64,000 bases of DNA from Betaproteobacteria bacterium RIFCSPLOWO2_02_FULL_67_26 (GCA_001771935.1 MERD01000039.1:31764-95763); one strand, 5' to 3'; positions 35,419 through 45,394 are shown, counted from the stretch's first letter. Program-made: numbers and translations. Notes: generated by a model from the sequence alone, not told the origin.

Positions 35419-38324
35419 AAACGCATCAGATAAACCACCGAATACTGGTTGGCGGTATAGGTCGGCGTGCCCGCTGGCGTACCTGCGACATAGCCCGCCG
35501 CCAATGCGTAGTTCGGCAGGTCGGTCGGGGACGATCGCACGTGCCGCCAGGAAAAGTCGATTGCATCCCTCGGCCCAAGGGGCAAGTTGTAACCGAGCGT
35601 CCACAACGCGGTCCTGGCATCGAAACGATAAGCGAAGAGCTGGTTGCTGCCGTACGCGTCGTCCCGCACGAAGGCCTTGGCGATCGCAATGTTGTCGATC
35701 GACTGCGCGCCGGTCGAAACCGTGTCGCCGCGACGGTACTCACCCCCGAAATAGGGCGTGCCGCCCCCGCTCAACGAATAGTCGAGATTGAAGCGCACGG
35801 CGTAGTCCCGGGCATCGAACACGACGTTGTCGGCGTGGCGCCAGTTGCCCGCCAGCGCGCCGAACAGGTCGATGCGGTCGGTGAGCGACTGGCGCGCGTT
35901 GACCCCGACAGAATAGCGGTAGCCGGTGCGCAGGTCGGAATGGTACTGATCGAGCACGGCGCGCCCGAAGATCCCGAAGGTGGTCGCATCGAAATCGCCC
36001 GAGGTGCGGTACTGGAACTCGGCCTGCCCGCCGCCGGAGTAGCGGTCGAGGCCGGTGTAGGTGTAAAGCTTGTCTCCGCCCACGAAACCGTTGACCAGCA
36101 CCCGTGTGTGGCTGGTGACGGGGAGAATCGCGCTCTTGCTGATGTTGAGGCTATAGATATGGTCCGACAGCTTGAGCGAGCTCCCGCGGTTGAGGTTGTC
36201 ATCCCACGCGTACCCGCCTTCGACCCTGACCGGGCTCGCGAACAGCGCGGACGGCGACAGTCCCGACTGCGGGCCTCTCCCGCCATCGAGCTCTTTTGCG
36301 AGCCACAGGCGGACGGCGTGACTGCTGTCCGAGCCAAACGTGCGCTCGACCTGATAGTCGACGCTCAGTTTCAACCCGCTCTGGAGGACAAAGTCGCTGC
36401 CGACGCCCACGAGCAGCGAATCGCGATTTACCCCGGGGGACGTCACCGAGTAACGGGGCCCGGCGAACTGGTCAACGTAGGCGACCGAGGCCTGCCGATC
36501 GTCCTTGAAATCGTGCTTCAGCTCCATGCGCAGCCGCGGCAGTGCCCATCCGAAGCTCGTCGCATGCCTGGATTCGGCGCGCAGGCCCAGCGAGAACTGG
36601 AGCGTCTGCAGGGTCTGGTCGAAATAGGCCAGCGCATTGGTGCCGGCGCCGGTTTCCACGGCCTGATCGAGCCACGTGACCCCGGCATCCAGCCGACCGT
36701 ACGGGGAGAGCAGCAACCCCTCCTTGACATGCTCGATGCCCGCGGCAAGCGAGCCGAACAGCTGGTCGCCCTTGCGGTTGGCGCGCGCATAGTCATTTGC
36801 GGCCGGCACGTAGCGGTCCGTGTCGGTGCTCAGAACGCCATAGCCGATGAGGCCGTCGATGAAAGTATTCGCACGCGGCGCATAGCTGCCGTAGGCGGCG
36901 ATCGACGAGCCCCTCGACCTGCTTTGCGTGCCGTCGGTGCCGATATCGGTCCTGTCGCGCGCATAACCCAGCCCCAGGCCCAGCGTCAGTTTGTCGCTGA
37001 ACCGCCGGTCGACGCCCGCGCTGACGCCATCGGTGCTGAACCGGCTGCTGTTGGTGGTGCCCGTCGCGTCGCGAGTGCCGAAGTGAAGATTGCCGCCGAT
37101 CCATGCGCCGGTGCCCTCAGGCAGCAGTGACGATTCGCCGGTGCGATCGCTGCTATACGACAGGTTCAATGATCGCGTCGCTGCCGCGCCCAGGGCACTC
37201 GTCACCCATGATGCCGCCATCGGGCTTGCCGCGGCGCCTGCCCGTCCGGTTTCACGCAAGCCACCGGGCTCTCTCCCCACGCGCACAAACGGCCCGGGTC
37301 CACGCCCGGGGCCCAGTGCCGTAGCGCCCGCGCTCGCGGTCTGGCCGGCGTCGCCGCCGCGGTGCAGCGATTCCATGCGCCGCTGGAAGTTGAAGATCTG
37401 CGCCCGCGAGAATCGCGCGGCCGTCTGCGCCTGGGCGCCGACCAGTCCGACGACGTTGGCGTCCCGCCCCGGATCGGCCCTCGCCTGCACCGTCACGGTC
37501 ACCACGGCCGGCGCTGATGTAGTCGTAGCGTTGGATGATTGGTACGAAAACGCGTCCGCGCCGACGTAGTTGAGGTTCGGCGTATAGGTGATGCTGGTGC
37601 CGCTGACTGTCGCTATGCCGTTGGCGGGCGCCGCAGTGATGGCTATGCTCAAGGGCGCGGCGCCCGAAATGAACGGCGCCATGTTGAGCGCGGTCGCCGT
37701 GTTGAACTGAACCGACAGTGTGGTCGCAGCGGCGGCAGCCGGCGCGCCGGTGCCGGTTCCCGTCAACGGTACCGTGCGTGTAATGGCAGCGGTCTGGACG
37801 TCGATCTGGGCCGCTTTCGCACCCAGGGTCGCCGGACTGAACGTGACCGTGATGGTACAAGTTCCGGTGTCATGCAGCAGGCTCGGCGCGCCGGTCGTGC
37901 AGGTGCCGCCGGTTATCGTGAATTCAGCGGCGTTGGCGCCGCTCAGGGTAATCGCATCCAACGTTGCTTGAGTTCCCGCGGGACCTGTTACAGCGCCGAC
38001 GAAGATGGTTTGCGCCGCGCTCGTCGTCGCCACCGTTTGATTGCCGAAAGCCAGGGGCGCCGATGCTAAGGGGGTGCCGTGAGCAGGCGCGACGAGCGGG
38101 TCGATTGAAACAGCGATGCATTGCTGGGAGCCGCCGCACTCCGCGAGAGCCGGCGGAGAAAAATAGGACCCGGACAAGACCAGTCCGAGAAGAAGAAATT
38201 TGCGAAACGGCGATCGCGTGATCGCGCTCGACCCGGGCCGCGCATGTACGGCAGAAAGCGGGATCGCCAGGGCCTCTCTCGCGATCCTCCTCCCGACCTC
38301 GATCACGACTTGCGACACCCGCAT
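35415..38324 (-). CDS. autotransporter-type outer-membrane protein with an additional C-terminal barrel-like domain
   Basis: ORF 35415..38324. Hydrophobic leader FLLLGLVLSGSYFSPPALA. Ig-like/beta-sandwich passenger. Autotransporter beta-domain at about aa 400-680 (GAWIGGNLHFG...). A further 275 aa follow and end in YLMRF. Confidence 0.75.
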   Translation of the reverse strand: MRVSQVVIEVGRRIAREALAIPLSAVHARPGSSAITRSPFRKFLLLGLVLSGSYFSPPALAECGGSQQCIAVSIDPLVAPAHGTPLASAPLAFGNQTVATTSAAQTIFVGAVTGPAGTQATLDAITLSGANAAEFTITGGTCTTGAPSLLHDTGTCTITVTFSPATLGAKAAQIDVQTAAITRTVPLTGTGTGAPAAAAATTLSVQFNTATALNMAPFISGAAPLSIAITAAPANGIATVSGTSITYTPNLNYVGADAFSYQSSNATTTSAPAVVTVTVQARADPGRDANVVGLVGAQAQTAARFSRAQIFNFQRRMESLHRGGDAGQTASAGATALGPGRGPGPFVRVGREPGGLRETGRAGAAASPMAASWVTSALGAAATRSLNLSYSSDRTGESSLLPEGTGAWIGGNLHFGTRDATGTTNSSRFSTDGVSAGVDRRFSDKLTLGLGLGYARDRTDIGTDGTQSRSRGSSIAAYGSYAPRANTFIDGLIGYGVLSTDTDRYVPAANDYARANRKGDQLFGSLAAGIEHVKEGLLLSPYGRLDAGVTWLDQAVETGAGTNALAYFDQTLQTLQFSLGLRAESRHATSFGWALPRLRMELKHDFKDDRQASVAYVDQFAGPRYSVTSPGVNRDSLLVGVGSDFVLQSGLKLSVDYQVERTFGSDSSHAVRLWLAKELDGGRGPQSGLSPSALFASPVRVEGGYAWDDNLNRGSSLKLSDHIYSLNISKSAILPVTSHTRVLVNGFVGGDKLYTYTGLDRYSGGGQAEFQYRTSGDFDATTFGIFGRAVLDQYHSDLRTGYRYSVGVNARQSLTDRIDLFGALAGNWRHADNVVFDARDYAVRFNLDYSLSGGGTPYFGGEYRRGDTVSTGAQSIDNIAIAKAFVRDDAYGSNQLFAYRFDARTALWTLGYNLPLGPRDAIDFSWRHVRSSPTDLPNYALAAGYVAGTPAGTPTYTANQYSVVYLMRF

Positions 38325-38471
38325 TTTTTGTCTTTTCTCTCAACCTATTAGGCCAGAATCCGCGACATCATGTCAATCGAATAGTGGAATCGGGGCTGAG
38401 CTCGATAAAAGACGGGTACCTGGTCCGCTTTCTCCAATGACCGTGAACCGGCACAAGATCGAATTCGTGGT

Positions 38472-40121
38472 TTATGTCGCCGTCTTCGTGAAGCGGATCG
38501 TCTGCGCCCGCGCGGCGAAGTCCGTGACGACGTTGACCAGGGCGGGCTTGCCGTTCAGGATCGCGCTCTTCGCGCGCTCCAGCGCCGGGCGGATGTCCTC
38601 CGGCTTCTCGACCTGCTCGCCGTGGCACCCCAGGCTCTGCGCGAACAGGTCGAACCGGGTATAGCCCAGGTCGCGCCCCGGCTTCTCGCGCCTGGGGTCG
38701 GCGGTCCAGCCCCCGTTCAGGCTGATGACGACGATGACCGGGATGTTGTGGCGCGCGGCCGTGTCGAACTCCATCGCGTTGAGGCCGAACGAGCCGTCGC
38801 CGTGCAGCACGACGACCTGCTTGTCGGGTTTCGCCACCTTGGCCCCGACCCCGAACGGCATGCCGACACCCATGGTGCCGAAGGTGCCGGAATTGATGCG
38901 ATGGCGCGGAACGAACGTCGGTATCGATTGGCGCCCGTAGCTGAGTATCTCCTGCCCGTCGACGACGAGAATCGCGTCGCGGTCCAGAAAATCGCGCACT
39001 TCCTTGCACAGGCGCAGCGGGTGGATCGGCACCTTGTCGGTGCACATGGCCTTTTCCTGTTCGGGACGCTTCTCCGCCTCGATCGCGGCGAGATGTCCGC
39101 GCCAGTCGGCAAACCGCCCCGCGTCGACCCGCTTCCCGCCGGCCGCGAGCAGCTGGCGCATCACCGTGCCCGCATCGCCCACGATGCCGACGTCCACGCG
39201 CGCGCTCGAGCCGATCTCGGCGGGATCGATGTCGATCCGCACCACCTTCGCCGTGCCCGAGATGCGGGGCGGCGCGAGCTGGCCGAACACGAAATTGAGG
39301 CGGGTGCCGACCACGAGAAAGAGATCCGCCTCGCGCAGCGCGGTCGAGCGCGCGTTCAGGAACGCGTGCGGGTGGTCTTCCGGCAGCACTCCGCGCCCCT
39401 GCGGAGTGGTGTAGATCGGCATGCCGGTGGCTTCCACCCAATTCCGCAGCGTCTCGGCGCCGTCGGACCACAGCACACCGCTGCCCGACAGCACGACCGG
39501 CCTGCTGGATTTTTCGATCAGCTGCAACGCGTCCTCGACGAGCGCGGGTTCTCCCTGGGGCCGGTTTCGATGCAGCGTCCGCGTGAGGTCGGGCCACTTG
39601 ACCGCTGATTCCTCGACCGTGCCGTAGAGCACGTCGGACGGAAGATCGAGGTAGACCGGCCCCGGCTTGCCGGCGAGCGAGCGCCGGAACGCGAGATCGA
39701 TCATTTCCGGAATGCGGTGGGTGTCGTACACGCGGTCGGCCCACTTGGTGATGGGCTTCATCACCGCCACCTGGTCGATCTCCTGGAAGGCGCCGGTGCC
39801 GAACTCCCTGACCGGGCTCGCTCCGCCGAAGGCCACAACCGGGCTGCAGTCGATCAGCGCGTTGGCAATGCCGGTGCCGAGATTGAGGGTGCCGGGGCCG
39901 GAGGCGCCCAGGCACACGCCGGGCCTGTTGGTCACCCGCGCGTAGGCGTGCGCCATCATCGCCGCCGCCTGCTCGTGGCGCACGTCGATGCCGCGTATGC
40001 CCTTCGCCATCGAGCGCGACAGCGCGTCGTTTATGGGCCCGCCCATGATGAAGAAGAAAGTGTCGATGCCGATGCGCTTGAGCGTCTCGGCGACGAGGTC
40101 GTTACCGCTGAGGGTCGTCAT
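38472..40121 (-). CDS. thiamine-diphosphate enzyme (oxalyl-CoA decarboxylase / 2-hydroxyacyl-CoA lyase / acetolactate synthase family)
   Basis: ORF 38472..40157. GASGPGTLNLGTGIANA. TPP motif GDGSFGLNAMEFDTAARHNIPVIVVISLNGGW. ATG 40121 preferred; GTG 40157 possible. Confidence 0.8.
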   Translation of the reverse strand: MTTLSGNDLVAETLKRIGIDTFFFIMGGPINDALSRSMAKGIRGIDVRHEQAAAMMAHAYARVTNRPGVCLGASGPGTLNLGTGIANALIDCSPVVAFGGASPVREFGTGAFQEIDQVAVMKPITKWADRVYDTHRIPEMIDLAFRRSLAGKPGPVYLDLPSDVLYGTVEESAVKWPDLTRTLHRNRPQGEPALVEDALQLIEKSSRPVVLSGSGVLWSDGAETLRNWVEATGMPIYTTPQGRGVLPEDHPHAFLNARSTALREADLFLVVGTRLNFVFGQLAPPRISGTAKVVRIDIDPAEIGSSARVDVGIVGDAGTVMRQLLAAGGKRVDAGRFADWRGHLAAIEAEKRPEQEKAMCTDKVPIHPLRLCKEVRDFLDRDAILVVDGQEILSYGRQSIPTFVPRHRINSGTFGTMGVGMPFGVGAKVAKPDKQVVVLHGDGSFGLNAMEFDTAARHNIPVIVVISLNGGWTADPRREKPGRDLGYTRFDLFAQSLGCHGEQVEKPEDIRPALERAKSAILNGKPALVNVVTDFAARAQTIRFTKTAT

Positions 40122-40157
40122 GGCTGGATCATTCCGGAGTTGGCGTTTCGGGGACAC

Positions 40158-41399
40158 CTAATCCCGGGTGCCTTTCTTGAGCGGGGTCTCCCTGAGGTAC
40201 TCCTTGATCTCCTCCTCGCCCATCCCCAGCCACTCGGACAGCAGCTCCGCGGTATGCTGGCCCAGCAGCGGCGCGGTCTTCACCGGCACGCGGGAATCGG
40301 ACATCTTCACCGGCCACCCCGGTATAGGGAACTTGCCGCGCGTCGGATGCTCGATCTCCTCGAACATGCCGCGCTGGCGCAGGTGCGGGTCGTTCATCAA
40401 CTCCTGCGTGTCGAATACCGCCCCCGCCGGCACGCCCGCGTTCTGCAGCGTTTCCATCGCCTCGGCCTTGGTGCGCTGAGCGCACCATTCGCCGACGAGG
40501 GCATCGACGACCTGGGCGTTCTTGACGCGCAGTTTGGGGGTGGCGAACCGGGGGTCCTCCGCAAGGTCCTCGCGCCCCATCAGCTTGAGGAGCCGCTGCC
40601 AGTGCCAGTTCCCGGCGCGCGTGGAATAGACCATGATCCAGTCGTTGGGACCGCCCGGCTTGCACCGGTACAGCTCGCTCGGCGCGGCGGCCCCCAGCGA
40701 GCTCTGGTTGCCCGTGCGCTCGACCGGCTTGCCCATCATCAGCTGGCCGGCGAATACGATCCGGTTGAAGTTGATCACCGAGTCCTGCATCGTCACCTCG
40801 ATCCGCTGGCCGCGGCCGGTCCGGTGACGCTGATTGAGCGCGGCGAGGATGCCGATCAGGCAATGGAGCCCGGCGCCCGTGTCGCCGACGTGGGGACCCG
40901 GCCGCAGCGGGGGACCGCCTTCCACGCCGGTGATGGCGAACGCGCCGCCCACCGCCTGCGCAATCATGTCGAAGCTCAGGTACTTGCCGTATGGGCTCTC
41001 GGGCGCGAAACCCTTGATCTGCGCGTAGATCAACCGCGGGTTGATCTTCCTGGCCTCCTCGTAGCCTAGGCCGAGGCGCTCGATGCCGCCGGGCGACATG
41101 TTCTCGATCATGACGTCCGCTTTTTCCAGCAGCTTCATCACGACGGCCTTGCCGCGCGGCGACTTGAGGTCGCACACCATGCTGCGCTTGTTGGCGTTCA
41201 TGATGATGAAATAATAGGAATCGAGGTCGCCGCGCTCCGTGGAGGCAAAGCGCCCGTTCTCCCCGCCCTGCGGCTCGACCTTGCAGATATCGGCGCCGAG
41301 CCACGCCAGCGACTCGGTGCACGACGTGCCGGCTTCGTACTGCGTCAGGTCCACGACCTTCAGTCCGGCCAGCGCCGTGGACTTGCTCGACTGATCCAT
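40158..41399 (-). CDS. family III (CaiB/BaiF/Frc) CoA-transferase
   Basis: ORF 40158..41399. LAGLKVVDLTQYEAGTSCTESLAWLGADICKVEP, ADVMIENMSPGG. Confidence 0.85.
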   Translation of the reverse strand: MDQSSKSTALAGLKVVDLTQYEAGTSCTESLAWLGADICKVEPQGGENGRFASTERGDLDSYYFIIMNANKRSMVCDLKSPRGKAVVMKLLEKADVMIENMSPGGIERLGLGYEEARKINPRLIYAQIKGFAPESPYGKYLSFDMIAQAVGGAFAITGVEGGPPLRPGPHVGDTGAGLHCLIGILAALNQRHRTGRGQRIEVTMQDSVINFNRIVFAGQLMMGKPVERTGNQSSLGAAAPSELYRCKPGGPNDWIMVYSTRAGNWHWQRLLKLMGREDLAEDPRFATPKLRVKNAQVVDALVGEWCAQRTKAEAMETLQNAGVPAGAVFDTQELMNDPHLRQRGMFEEIEHPTRGKFPIPGWPVKMSDSRVPVKTAPLLGQHTAELLSEWLGMGEEEIKEYLRETPLKKGTRD

Positions 41400-41427
41400 G
41401 TCTCCCCCGCTATTTCCGAGAACGCTT

Positions 41428-41455
41428 CCTCATTGCCCGATCCTCATTCTTGACG
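41428..41455 (-). repeat. direct repeat AATGAGGATCGGGC AATGAGGAAGCG (ATGAGG heptamer type)
   Basis: Read directly on the minus strand. Encodes the last codons (RMRIGQ) and the TGA stop of the LLM gene. Confidence 0.6.
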
Positions 41456-42437
41456 CGACCTCGCGGGCGAAACGGCGCAGGCTGTCGTTCGAGCCGGCAA
41501 AGCTGGCGAGAATGTAGCGTACACCGACAGCGTGCAGGGCCTCGAGCTTCTCTCCGATCTCGTCGGACGATCCGTAAAGGGCAACGGCCTCCCGGGCCGC
41601 GGGCGTATGCTCGTAGGCCAGGACGTGCGAGCCGCCCGGCTGGCCCGGCACCCGGGACACCTCGACGATGCGCTGGCGCGATTTCGCGTTGCGCTCCAGC
41701 GCCGCCAACTTGTCGGTGGCGTCCTTCGCGACATAGGCGTCGCGGGCGACGGCCACCGACAGCGGATCGAATGCCCGCCCGCGCGCCTCGACTTCCGCCT
41801 TGAACAGGGCGATCCGCTCGCCGATGACCGGTACCGGGGCGTACTGGTCGAGCAGCAGGTTGCCGCCGCGCTCGGCGACGCGCCGGATGGACACCGCGCT
41901 GCCGGCAGCCATCCAGAACGGGGGATGGGGCTTCTGAAAGGCCGGCGGCTCGACGACGATGTCCTCGAACTGCCAGTACTTCCCGCGGTGCGAGAAACGC
42001 CCGGCCGTTGTCCATGCCTTGATGATGACGTCGAGCGCTTCGTCAAAGCGAGCTTCGGCTTCCTCCATGGGCACGCCGAAGCCGTGGAACTCGCTGTAGC
42101 GATAGCCTTTCCCCACCCCGAAATCCAGCCGCCCGCGCGAAAGCAGGTCCAGCGTCGCCGCCTGCTCCGCCAGCAACACCGGGTTGTGCCACGGCAGGAC
42201 CATCACCGCCGACCCGACCCGCAGCGACTTCGTGCGCGCCGCGATCCAGGTGAGCAGGTTCAGCGTGGCCGAAATCTGGTTCCACCCCGAAAAGTGATGC
42301 TCGACCACGAAGGAGCTGTGGTAGCCGAGCGCCTCGGCCTCGACATTGAACTCGACGAAGCTCCTGAAACCCTGCCCGGCTTCGGCGCCCGGATTGCCGG
42401 CGTCCGATTGGGTAGTGCCAAAAAGACCAAACCGCAT
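41430..42437 (-). CDS. LLM-class (luciferase-like) flavin-dependent oxidoreductase
   Basis: ORF 41430..42437. MRFGLFG..., GYHSSFVVEHHF, RLDFGVGKGY. Confidence 0.85.
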   Translation of the reverse strand: MRFGLFGTTQSDAGNPGAEAGQGFRSFVEFNVEAEALGYHSSFVVEHHFSGWNQISATLNLLTWIAARTKSLRVGSAVMVLPWHNPVLLAEQAATLDLLSRGRLDFGVGKGYRYSEFHGFGVPMEEAEARFDEALDVIIKAWTTAGRFSHRGKYWQFEDIVVEPPAFQKPHPPFWMAAGSAVSIRRVAERGGNLLLDQYAPVPVIGERIALFKAEVEARGRAFDPLSVAVARDAYVAKDATDKLAALERNAKSRQRIVEVSRVPGQPGGSHVLAYEHTPAAREAVALYGSSDEIGEKLEALHAVGVRYILASFAGSNDSLRRFAREVASRMRIGQ

Positions 42438-42509
42438 GCTAGTCGTGGGGGCGTGGCGCGCGTTGAGTAGACTAACTCACTATGACCGGATATGCGCATG
42501 CGCGCCCAA

Positions 42510-42518
42510 TGCTATAAT
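42510..42518 (+). promoter_or_regulatory. extended -10 promoter element TGCTATAAT upstream of tRNA-Arg
   Basis: TGnTATAAT ends 15 nt before the mature tRNA 5' end. No clear -35 box. Confidence 0.5.
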
Positions 42519-42533
42519 TCGCCTCGCTTTTTC

Positions 42534-42610
42534 GCGCCCGTAGCTCATCTGGATAGAGTACTTGGCTACGAACCAAGGGGTAGGGGGTTCGAATCCCTCC
42601 GGGCGCGCCA
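42534..42610 (+). tRNA. tRNA-Arg (anticodon ACG)
   Basis: Hand-folded cloverleaf: acceptor GCGCCCG/CGGGCGC, anticodon stem CTTGG/CCAAG with loop CTACGAA, T-loop GGTTCGAATCC, encoded CCA. 77 nt. Confidence 0.9.
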
Positions 42611-42620
42611 GTTCCACGCA

Positions 42621-42648
42621 AAAGGGCCTGCTGATGCAGGCCCTTTTT
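42621..42648. terminator. bidirectional rho-independent terminator
   Basis: AAAGGGCCTGC-TGAT-GCAGGCCCTTTTT, with A and T tracts on both sides. Lies between tRNA-Arg (+) and the convergent dehydrogenase gene (-). Confidence 0.8.
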
Positions 42649-42687
42649 GCTCAAGGCAGAAGTTGGTTCTCTCGGCGCCTCGGCGAT

Positions 42688-43575
42688 TCAGTTCTTGACG
42701 CTTTTCGCCCAGTGCGTCGGCAAGACTGATTGATCTTTTTGCCCAAGACCGGCCCGGGCGGCTTCCTCGAAGCACTTGAGCGCCGTCTCCGCCGCCGGCA
42801 GCGCGCCGCCGAGCGCTCTCGCCTCGGCTATCATCGTCCGCAGGTCCTTGCACACCAGGTCCACCGCGAAGCTCACCGGACCGGGGTCCTTGCCGGCGAG
42901 GTGCGCCGCGACGGAAGCGCCACGCATCTTGATCACGTTTGAAGCGCCCGAGGTATCGGCGAAAATGCTGATGAGGCGCTCGGGATCGATATCGAGCGAG
43001 CGGCAGAGCAATAGCGCCTCGCCCAGCGCCTGCCAATAGACGAACAGCGGCAGGTTGATCGCGAGCTTCATGCGCGAGCCCGCGCCGACCGGGCCGCAGT
43101 GCTCCACCCGCCGGCACATCTGCTCGAGCAGAGGCCGCGCGCGCGCCACGTCGGCGTCCGCGCCGCCGACGAAGCCGAAGAGCTTCCCCTCCCGCGCGGG
43201 GCCCGTGGTCCCGCCGACAGGAGATTCGACGAGGGCCGCGCCTGCCTGCTTCACCTTCTGTTCCAGCGCCATCTGGACTTCCGGCCGGACCGTGCTCATC
43301 TCGATGAAGAGCTTGCCCGCGATCTGGCCCGACAACAGGCCCTTCGGTCCGCTATAGAGCGCCTCGATGGCCTGGCCGTCGGTGAGTATGGTGATGACGG
43401 CTTCCGCGTCTTGCGCGAGCTCCGCGGGCGATCCGGCGAGACCGGCACCGGCGGCAACCAGCAACTCCGTTTTTCCCGGCGTGCGGTTCCACACCGTGAG
43501 CGCGTGGCCGAGGCTCATCAATCGGGCAGCGATGGCGGCACCCATCCTGCCGGTGCCCGCGATTCCGACTTTCAT
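42688..43575 (-). CDS. NAD(P)-dependent beta-hydroxyacid dehydrogenase (3-hydroxyisobutyrate dehydrogenase family)
   Basis: ORF 42688..43575. MKVGIAGTGRMGAAIAARL Rossmann motif. 295 aa. Confidence 0.8.
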   Translation of the reverse strand: MKVGIAGTGRMGAAIAARLMSLGHALTVWNRTPGKTELLVAAGAGLAGSPAELAQDAEAVITILTDGQAIEALYSGPKGLLSGQIAGKLFIEMSTVRPEVQMALEQKVKQAGAALVESPVGGTTGPAREGKLFGFVGGADADVARARPLLEQMCRRVEHCGPVGAGSRMKLAINLPLFVYWQALGEALLLCRSLDIDPERLISIFADTSGASNVIKMRGASVAAHLAGKDPGPVSFAVDLVCKDLRTMIAEARALGGALPAAETALKCFEEAARAGLGQKDQSVLPTHWAKSVKN

Positions 43576-43642
43576 GCGTCCCTCCTTTTCGAGGTGCCGC
43601 AGGTTGACATGGGCGACGGCGGCTCGTCAAACTTCTCCCACG

Positions 43643-45394
43643 ATGAGTTCGACGGAAAGGAGCGAAGTCCGCGACGGCATGCGCATCGACTGGGACGCGC
43701 CGATCCCGATGGACGACGGGCTCGTGCTGCGCGCCGATGTGTTCCGCCCTCCCCGCGAGGGGCGTTTTCCGGTCATCCTGAGCTGCGGCCCCTATGCCAA
43801 GGGCCTCGCCTTCCAGGACGGCTATCCGAGCGCGTGGCGGCGCATGGTCGCCGAGCACCCGGATGTCGCCGCCGGCTCAAGCAACCAGTACCAGAGCTGG
43901 GAAGTCGTGGACCCGGAGAAGTGGGTGCCGCACGATTACATTTGCGTGCGCGTGGACTCGCGCGGCGCTGGCCGCTCCCCCGGCTTCATCGACCCCTTTT
44001 CGCCGCGCGAGACGAAGGACTTCTACCACTGCATCGAGTGGGCGGGCGTGCAGCCGTGGTCTAGCGGCAAGGTGGGCCTGAACGGCATCTCCTACTACGG
44101 CATGAATCAGTGGCACGTCGCGACGCTGCAGCCGCCGCACCTCGCGGCCCTGTGCGTGTGGGAGGGCTCGGCCGACTGGTACCGCGACATGACGCACCAC
44201 GGCGGCATCCTCTCCACGTTCTGGGACAACTGGTACGACATTCAGGTCAAGACCGTCCAGCACGGGCTGGGGGAGCGCGGGCCGCGCTCGCGCGCGACCG
44301 GCGTGCCGGTGTGCGGCGACGAGACGCTTTCCGATGCCGAGCTTGCAAGGAACCGCTGTGATTTCGGCAACGGCATCTTCGCGCACCCGCTCGACGACGA
44401 GTACCACCGCGCCCGCTCGCCGGTATGGGAGAAGGTCACCGCCCCCCTGCTCACCGCGGCCAATTGGGGCGGGCAGGGCCTGCACCCGCGCGGCAATTTC
44501 GAAGGCTTCATCCGCGCCGCCTCCAACGAGCGATGGCTGGAGGCGCACGGGATCGAGCACTGGACTCACTTCTATACCGATTACGGCCGGCTGCTGCAGA
44601 AGCGCTTCTTCGATTACTTCCTGAAGGGCGAGAGGAACGGTTGGGACCGGCAACCGCGCGTCCAGCTCCAGGTGCGCCACGTAGACCGCTTCGTCGAGCG
44701 CCACGAGCACGAATGGCCGATCGCGCGCACGCAGTGGACGAAGTTCCACCTCGATGCCGCCGGCCACGCGCTCGCGCGGGAACCGGCGAAGTCCGCGGGC
44801 AGCACGGCCTACGAGGCGACGGGAGACGGCGTCACTTTCCTGTCCGCGCCGCTGGACCAGGCAACCGAAATCACGGGGCCGCTTGCGGCCAGGCTGTTCG
44901 TCTCCTCATCCACCGCCGATGCCGACCTGTTCCTGGTTTTCCGGGTGTTCACGCCGGACCTGCGGGAGATCGTGTTCACGGGCGCGATCGACCCCCACAC
45001 CCCGGTCGCGCAGGGCTGGCTGCGCGCCTCGCACCGCAAGCTCGATCCGAAGCTCACGCTCCCGTACCGGCCGTACCATGCGCACGACGAAAAGCAGCCG
45101 CTCGAGCCCGGAGCGATCGTCGAGGCGGATGTCGAGATCTGGCCGACCTCGATCGTGGTCCCGGCCGGCCACCGCATCGCGCTCACCGTTCGCGGCAAGG
45201 ACTACGAGTGGCAGAAGTCGACCGGCGCGCGGCTTTCCAACTTCAGGAACGAGCTGCTCGGCTGCGGCCCGTTCCTGCACGACGACCCCCGCGACCGCCC
45301 GCCGGCGATTTTCGGCGGCAAAGTCACGCTGCACACGGGGCCGAATTATCCTTCGTATATACTGCTGCCCGTCGTCCCGCCCAAAAACACGTGA
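43643..45394 (+). CDS. CocE/NonD-family (S15) alpha/beta hydrolase
   Basis: In ORF 43367..45394. IPMDDGLVLRADVFRP, serine elbow GLNGISYYG. Start is uncertain: ATG 43643 or ATG 43679 (MRIDWD). Confidence 0.75.
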   Translation: MSSTERSEVRDGMRIDWDAPIPMDDGLVLRADVFRPPREGRFPVILSCGPYAKGLAFQDGYPSAWRRMVAEHPDVAAGSSNQYQSWEVVDPEKWVPHDYICVRVDSRGAGRSPGFIDPFSPRETKDFYHCIEWAGVQPWSSGKVGLNGISYYGMNQWHVATLQPPHLAALCVWEGSADWYRDMTHHGGILSTFWDNWYDIQVKTVQHGLGERGPRSRATGVPVCGDETLSDAELARNRCDFGNGIFAHPLDDEYHRARSPVWEKVTAPLLTAANWGGQGLHPRGNFEGFIRAASNERWLEAHGIEHWTHFYTDYGRLLQKRFFDYFLKGERNGWDRQPRVQLQVRHVDRFVERHEHEWPIARTQWTKFHLDAAGHALAREPAKSAGSTAYEATGDGVTFLSAPLDQATEITGPLAARLFVSSSTADADLFLVFRVFTPDLREIVFTGAIDPHTPVAQGWLRASHRKLDPKLTLPYRPYHAHDEKQPLEPGAIVEADVEIWPTSIVVPAGHRIALTVRGKDYEWQKSTGARLSNFRNELLGCGPFLHDDPRDRPPAIFGGKVTLHTGPNYPSYILLPVVPPKNT

